From Candidatus Cloacimonas sp. (GTDB taxonomy: Bacteria; Cloacimonadota; Cloacimonadia; Cloacimonadales; Cloacimonadaceae): a DNA stretch of 53,327 bases. The translations under genes were made by a program, and so were the position numbers. The notes under the pieces were generated by a model. The model searched no databases, had not been told where the DNA came from, and saw nothing but the letters and a program-made list of their open reading frames with translations. The stretch is taken from NCBI GenBank assembly GCA_040770845.1, contig JAXGIH010000001.1, positions 1 through 53,327 on the forward strand, in the 5' to 3' direction. Positions 47,669 through 53,327 of this stretch are shown one piece after another. The stretch's first letter is position 1; every line of letters begins with the position of its first letter.

Positions 47669-48889
47669 ATGAAGCTGGAAGGAAAAGTTGTTATAGCACA
47701 GGGCGGAGGTCCTACTGCTGTAATCAATCAGTCCTTAGTAGGAGTAACCCTGGAAGCAAGAAAATTTCCCCAAGTTACGCGTGTTTATGGAGCTCTATAT
47801 GGAGTTCAGGGAATTGTGAATGAGGAATTTGTAGATTTAACCCAGGAGACAACTCACAATTTGGAACAGGTGGCTAATACACCATCTTCAGCTTTACTTT
47901 CTACGCGGGATAAACCGGACGAAAAGTATTGTATGGAAATTTTTAAAGTGCTAAAAGCACACGATGTCAGATATTTTTTCTATATCGGAGGCAACGATTC
48001 TGCCGATACAGTTCGCATTGTAAATGAACAGGCAACCCAAGCGGATTATGAATTTCGGGCTATTCATATTCCTAAAACCATTGATAACGATTTGGTTTTG
48101 AATGATCATACACCAGGTTTTGGCTCTGCCGCAAGATTTGTTGCCTGTGCTTTTACAGGTGCCAATTTAGATAATCGCGCTTTACCCGGGGTTTATATTG
48201 GAGTGGTTATGGGTCGTCATGCCGGTTTTTTAACTGCTTCTTCAGTTATGGCACAAAAATATCCTGATGACGGACCTCATTTAATATATTTACCTGAAAG
48301 ACCTTTTCACCGTGAAAATTTCTTAAATGATGTAAAACGCATTTATGATCTTTACGGGAGATGTGTTGTAGCTGTTTCGGAAGGAATTACAGATGCCAAC
48401 GGGATACCGATAGTTACCAAACTTTCCGGAAATCAGGAAAAAGATGCTCATGGCAATGTTCAGCTCTCCGGAACTGGAGTTCTGGGTGATTTACTCAGTG
48501 AACTTGTTCGCACTCAACTAAAAATTAAAAGAGTCCGCAGCGATACTTTTGGCTATTTACAACGCTCTTTTATCGGTTGCGTAAGTGATGTGGACCAAAG
48601 AGAAGCACGGGAAGTTGGCGAACGAGCAGCTCATTATGCTATCTGGTATAATTTGGATGGCTCAATTTCTATTCAAAGAACTGGCTTTTACTCTGTGAAT
48701 TATCAATTGGAAAATTTAAGCGATATTGCTGGAAAAACCAGAATTATGCCTGATGAATTCATTAATGCTGAAGGAAATGGAATTACCGATGAATTCAAGT
48801 ATTATGTAAGACCTCTTTTGGGTTCAGGTTTTCCTGTAGCTCATCGTTTGCGTGCACCCAAAGTTCCTAAGTTGCTGGAAGATAAATAG
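47669..48889 (+). CDS. pfkA: 6-phosphofructokinase, predicted PPi-dependent
   Basis: QGGGPTAVIN, IGGNDS (Asp at the donor-specificity position), PKTIDND, MGRHAG. Confidence 0.93.
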   Translation: MKLEGKVVIAQGGGPTAVINQSLVGVTLEARKFPQVTRVYGALYGVQGIVNEEFVDLTQETTHNLEQVANTPSSALLSTRDKPDEKYCMEIFKVLKAHDVRYFFYIGGNDSADTVRIVNEQATQADYEFRAIHIPKTIDNDLVLNDHTPGFGSAARFVACAFTGANLDNRALPGVYIGVVMGRHAGFLTASSVMAQKYPDDGPHLIYLPERPFHRENFLNDVKRIYDLYGRCVVAVSEGITDANGIPIVTKLSGNQEKDAHGNVQLSGTGVLGDLLSELVRTQLKIKRVRSDTFGYLQRSFIGCVSDVDQREAREVGERAAHYAIWYNLDGSISIQRTGFYSVNYQLENLSDIAGKTRIMPDEFINAEGNGITDEFKYYVRPLLGSGFPVAHRLRAPKVPKLLEDK

Positions 48890-49089
48890 GACTGGAATAA
48901 GCAGGATTTTAAAGAAGTTGACAATTATAGCACAATATCACAATGAGAAGGATATTAAAGTGGGAATACTTTTTATCTTTACTACCATTTAGTGACTGCA
49001 TAGATACCCCCATTTGTACACGAGCCTAATCTTAAGCTGCAAAAGTTCATTATCTCTGGAACCGTAGTCATTTTATCCTCCTTTATTGG

Positions 49090-50716
49090 ATAACTATTTT
49101 GGGTTATTAGATTTATATTCTGTTGAGAGATAGATACCATAAACAAACCTACTCCCATTGATGGGGGATTAATTTCCCACAACCCCTCATGCATCTTTGA
49201 AGGTGGTATTGTTTTCGAAATATCCGTTGTCCTTTGATATTATAAACTCTCAATTTTAAGTTTTGCGCAGTTTGATAGCCGGATCTACAAACTTAATATA
49301 CAAGGATTTCTGCTCGGAAGACACCGGATTGGGATAGACATCTATCTGCCATTGGGCAGTATCAATTGCTGGAATTGTGTTATCATCGTTAGCGACAGTG
49401 GTATCGTGTAAATTCGTGTTACCGGAAAAGATGTAAACTCTTCCGGTCTTCCAATGATCATTATTCGTTCCCCACCACGGTGCGCCTACAGCTACATCAC
49501 ATAAACCATCAGCGTTGAAATCACCTGTAATTTTTGAATACCCGAAATTGCAAGTATCATAGCCATATATCCCATACTGAATACCATCCATTATTCCGTT
49601 CATTTGATTTCCACCCATCCACAAATACAGGTATCCTTCATAATATCCTGCTTCGTGATGAAAACTGAGGATATCCTGAAAGCCGTCTCCATTTAGATCG
49701 CCATGCACAAAGGGATATCCGGTTCCGCTTTCACTGAATTTGTGATGTAGCTCGTACCAATCTCCGGATAAGGTTATATCCCATTCTGCTGTCAAGTTAC
49801 TACTTCCCAACCAAAGATGATGAGTGTAGCCGTAGATATTACTGTCCGCGGTAAAATCGTCAATCCCGTCGCCATTGACATCGCCTAAGGGACAGCCCCA
49901 TCTGTTGATAATGCTATTGGAATCATTGATAATAACCAAACTGTCTGTCTGTGGAAATGTGGAACTCCCATAATACAGGATTAGCTGGTTATTTGTTTCG
50001 CCGGTATTGTTAATCGGGATATGCAAGAGACAATCATCAAAACCATCTCCGTTTACATCGCCTATGCCACTCAACAATGTTATTGTCTGAGGATTTGCTG
50101 TTTGTTTAAACAACCATGGCTGTGATTCATAATCGTCCCAAATCATAAGCTTTCTTGAATCATTACTCAAGCCCAGTATTAAAGACACATCGGAATGATT
50201 ATCCCCATTAATATCACCAATCGGTACAGTCATAATCCCGTTGATTTCAGGATATGGGAAAGTCAGAATTATATCCGGAGTGGTTTGAGGGTTTTGCCTG
50301 CCAAAGTAAACGGCTAACTGAATTTCATTGTTCACAGAATTTTGATTTACAATTAAATCCTCAATCCCATCTCCATTAATATCGCCAGCATTATAAATGA
50401 AGATATAGTTCATCTGTCCAGCATACGAGCCTAGTATTACAAAATCAGGAACATTATTATCAAATTGGAGTCCACCCCAATATCCATCGAGTATACCAAC
50501 GATTTTGGTCATTAAAAAGTAAATTTGGATTGACTTGAATCAACCACTAAATCATTATAACCGTCTGCATTGAAATCCGAGCTGGCAACGCTTTTGTGCT
50601 TCGCTGCCTGCAAACTCACTGCTGAGATAAGTCATCACCATCATTGGTTTGAGCATATAAAATACCAGTCAAGAGAATGGTTAATACCATAATGCTTCTG
50701 CTCTTGAATACTTTGT
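49090..50716 (-). CDS. Secreted FG-GAP/integrin-alpha repeat protein with C-terminal sorting-like (YPNP) domain, frameshifted at both ends
   Basis: Repeated GD(I/V/L/F)NGDG..D motifs, VAVGAPWW...GRVYIF, VANDD...VYPNP; GGAGG RBS near 50722. Confidence 0.85.
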
Positions 50717-50787
50717 ATTCTTCCTCCCAATATCTTTAAATCAAAACACAATATGGCCCCAGCATAAACTAAATTACAAAAGTTCAG

Positions 50788-50970
50788 GTCCCAAAATATT
50801 TGGTGTCCATTCCAACTCATTGTTGCTGAGTTCTTTGAGGGCATTTAATATCCCTCGTTACTCACAATCTATGTAAGGCCAAACGACCAATTGCATTATT
50901 TTTCATCTCTTTAATCAAAGTCAAGTTCTTTTTTCATCAAATGCTACCTTGCTACGACGGCGCATATCAA
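50788..50970 (-). repeat. Copy A of a ~180 bp duplicated promoter/leader element
   Basis: Shares blocks with 52315-52491, including an identical 35 bp ATCAAATGCTACCTTGCTACGACGGCGCATATCAA. Confidence 0.9.
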
Positions 50971-51129
50971 GTATAACTTGTTCCCTGTAAAATTCTCCCC
51001 ACCAAACGGTTAATAATTAAGATATTTCCTCCAGGTAACTTTTTCTGAGAAAACCTACAACTCATGAATATTGGCTGCGATTGGCAACCTTATATCATTC
51101 TACCTCATTTGTGCTTCCTATAAGGTTGT

Positions 51130-52149
51130 GTTTGTTGCTATTATCGTAAATACAAACTCTGCTTGCTTTATTTTACTGATTCAACATATCAGCAATGTAA
51201 GATTCTCCGCTTACCTGTTTGCCGGTATCATCTATACCATCCCGTGGAATGTGTGATCACCTCCGCATTGATATTGCTGGACTGGATCTGATCAATTGTC
51301 CCTTGAGGTTATATATTCCTAGCTTGCAGACACGCAAACAGATATTTTAATTTAAAATAGTGTTTAATTCTTGAAAATGGATTGAGGGGATAAGATTGAT
51401 ATAGAGAGCTTGGGTTTCGGAATAACGGGATTGTCAATAGATGTCCCATCTGTAAGAGTGTAAAATATTTTTGGTGAGTATGGGTTATAGGGACTACTGT
51501 CTGTAGTAGTTGCTATATAATCTTCGCGGTTATCCCAGTCTGAGAAGCCATCTAAATGAATGCGACAAGCCGGGTAAGTGACCTATTTGCAGAAAAGTCC
51601 ATCAATAGGCAATCGGTTACGTCATGACTCTTTTTAACAGAGCATGAGTGTCTCATGATTAAAGAAAGTATAAGTACCATATATTGAGGATGGGATAACG
51701 TCGATTGAGTTAAAAGTATCCCCATAATCAATATGTTCCAAGACCCCCTCTGGAAATGCTGATGTATTACCATAATCAAATACCGGATAAACACCTGAAG
51801 TAGAATTGCCCCTCATCGCACCTATATACATCATAAGATGTGCTGATTGCATTTTATAACCCTCGGGTATGCTCGGCAATTCAAAGGAAAGATAGCCGAT
51901 GCTGGCAAAATGAACCATCCAGGCCCAACTGTAATAATCTCCAATATATGTCTCCCCCTCCTGCCAGTTTGCATCTACCGTAATGTAGTTTTGCTGATAG
52001 TAGATAGACCCGCTTAACTCATCAACTGCAAGAAGCGAGTCTACAATCTCATTTTTAGAGTCGCCCATTACCTCAGAAAATTGAAGTGATTCTCCATATA
52101 TGATTACTGAGAACAGGAAGAAAACAAAAAATACAACAGTGTTTTTCAT
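51130..52149 (-). CDS. Secreted protein with C-terminal FlgD-Ig/sorting-like domain, frameshifted
   Basis: Signal peptide MKNTVVFFVFFLF; downstream frames give YPNPF, IYNLKGQLIR and DGIDDTGKQVSG. Confidence 0.8.
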
Positions 52150-52314
52150 TTATTCTCCTATAAATTCGATATCATTGATATCCCAAAGGCACGTGACATC
52201 TTTCTCTTTTTTCCCAAATCAAATCATTGGTAAATACATTGAATTGCATTACTCTTAATCCTACAGCCATGTCTTTTCCAATCATATACGTACTTCCTTT
52301 TTAAAATGTGTTGA

Positions 52315-52491
52315 GTCCCAAATGTTGGTGTATTCGCTCATTGTTTACTCAGGTTCTTTGAGGGCATTTATGTCCTCGTTACTCACAATCTAATAATGAG
52401 CCAAACGATAATTGCATTATTTTCATCTCTTTAATCCAAGTCAAGTCCTTTTATTTATCAAATGCTACCTTGCTACGACGGCGCATATCAA
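52315..52491 (-). repeat. Copy B of the ~180 bp duplicated promoter/leader element
   Basis: Contains minus-strand TTGACT-17 bp-AATAAT (52444-52416) and hairpin GAGGACAT/ATGCCCTC. Confidence 0.9.
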
Positions 52492-52698
52492 ATAAACTAC
52501 CAGGGCTTGTTTTTGAACAGTTAAAAAATTTCTTTCATCACTTTGTCACACTCTTTAACATATAGTTTCTTCAGCTACTGATACTACTATTTATAATAAG
52601 AATATATTGTTATTAAGCACAATTGTTTTTTTCTATTTTTTTATGGAAATTTGTAAACACCATACAGTTTCATTTTTCAGTATACATAAGTTCCGTAG

Positions 52699-53327
<629 letters not shown>

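Noticed and set aside
52378-52392. lac-operator-like ATTGTGAG half-site
   Set aside because: Only a half-site without the symmetric partner; likely coincidental
50788-52491. Integron attC sites or IS ends
   Set aside because: No RYYYAAC...GTTRRRY pair is conserved in both copies, and there are no terminal inverted repeats, integrase or transposase

Overview
AT-rich bacterial chromosome segment from an anaerobic diderm, most likely Cloacimonadota (WWE1). This taxonomy is inferred from LptD, multimeric [FeFe]-hydrogenase genes and secreted proteins with FlgD-like C-terminal domains. The assembly is indel-rich, so many ordinary genes appear frameshifted, probably from long-read errors. Housekeeping and metabolic genes: Ldh_2 oxidoreductase, Orn/Lys decarboxylase, mnmA, ATP-PEPCK, an SPT-like PLP enzyme, AI-2E transporter, pcm, surE, secG, tRNA-Leu, xth, lptD, gmhB, TrmH, XdhC, glnS, a GT2, dnaX, PPi-type pfk and partial gdhA. 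Most notable: (1) a ~10.5 kb [FeFe]-hydrogenase operon with one catalytic subunit but two NuoE/NuoF pairs, one with electron-bifurcating signatures and one with non-bifurcating signatures, plus a Cys-less HndB-like subunit and a kinase/phosphatase/sensory module; (2) an ATGA-coupled four-gene membrane module of unknown function (DUF6754-like); (3) a 15-unit REP-like palindrome array with compensatory variants; (4) a duplicated ~180 bp promoter/leader heading two unrelated secreted-protein genes; (5) a tRNA-Leu with the rare AAG anticodon. Coordinates of frameshifted genes are approximate.
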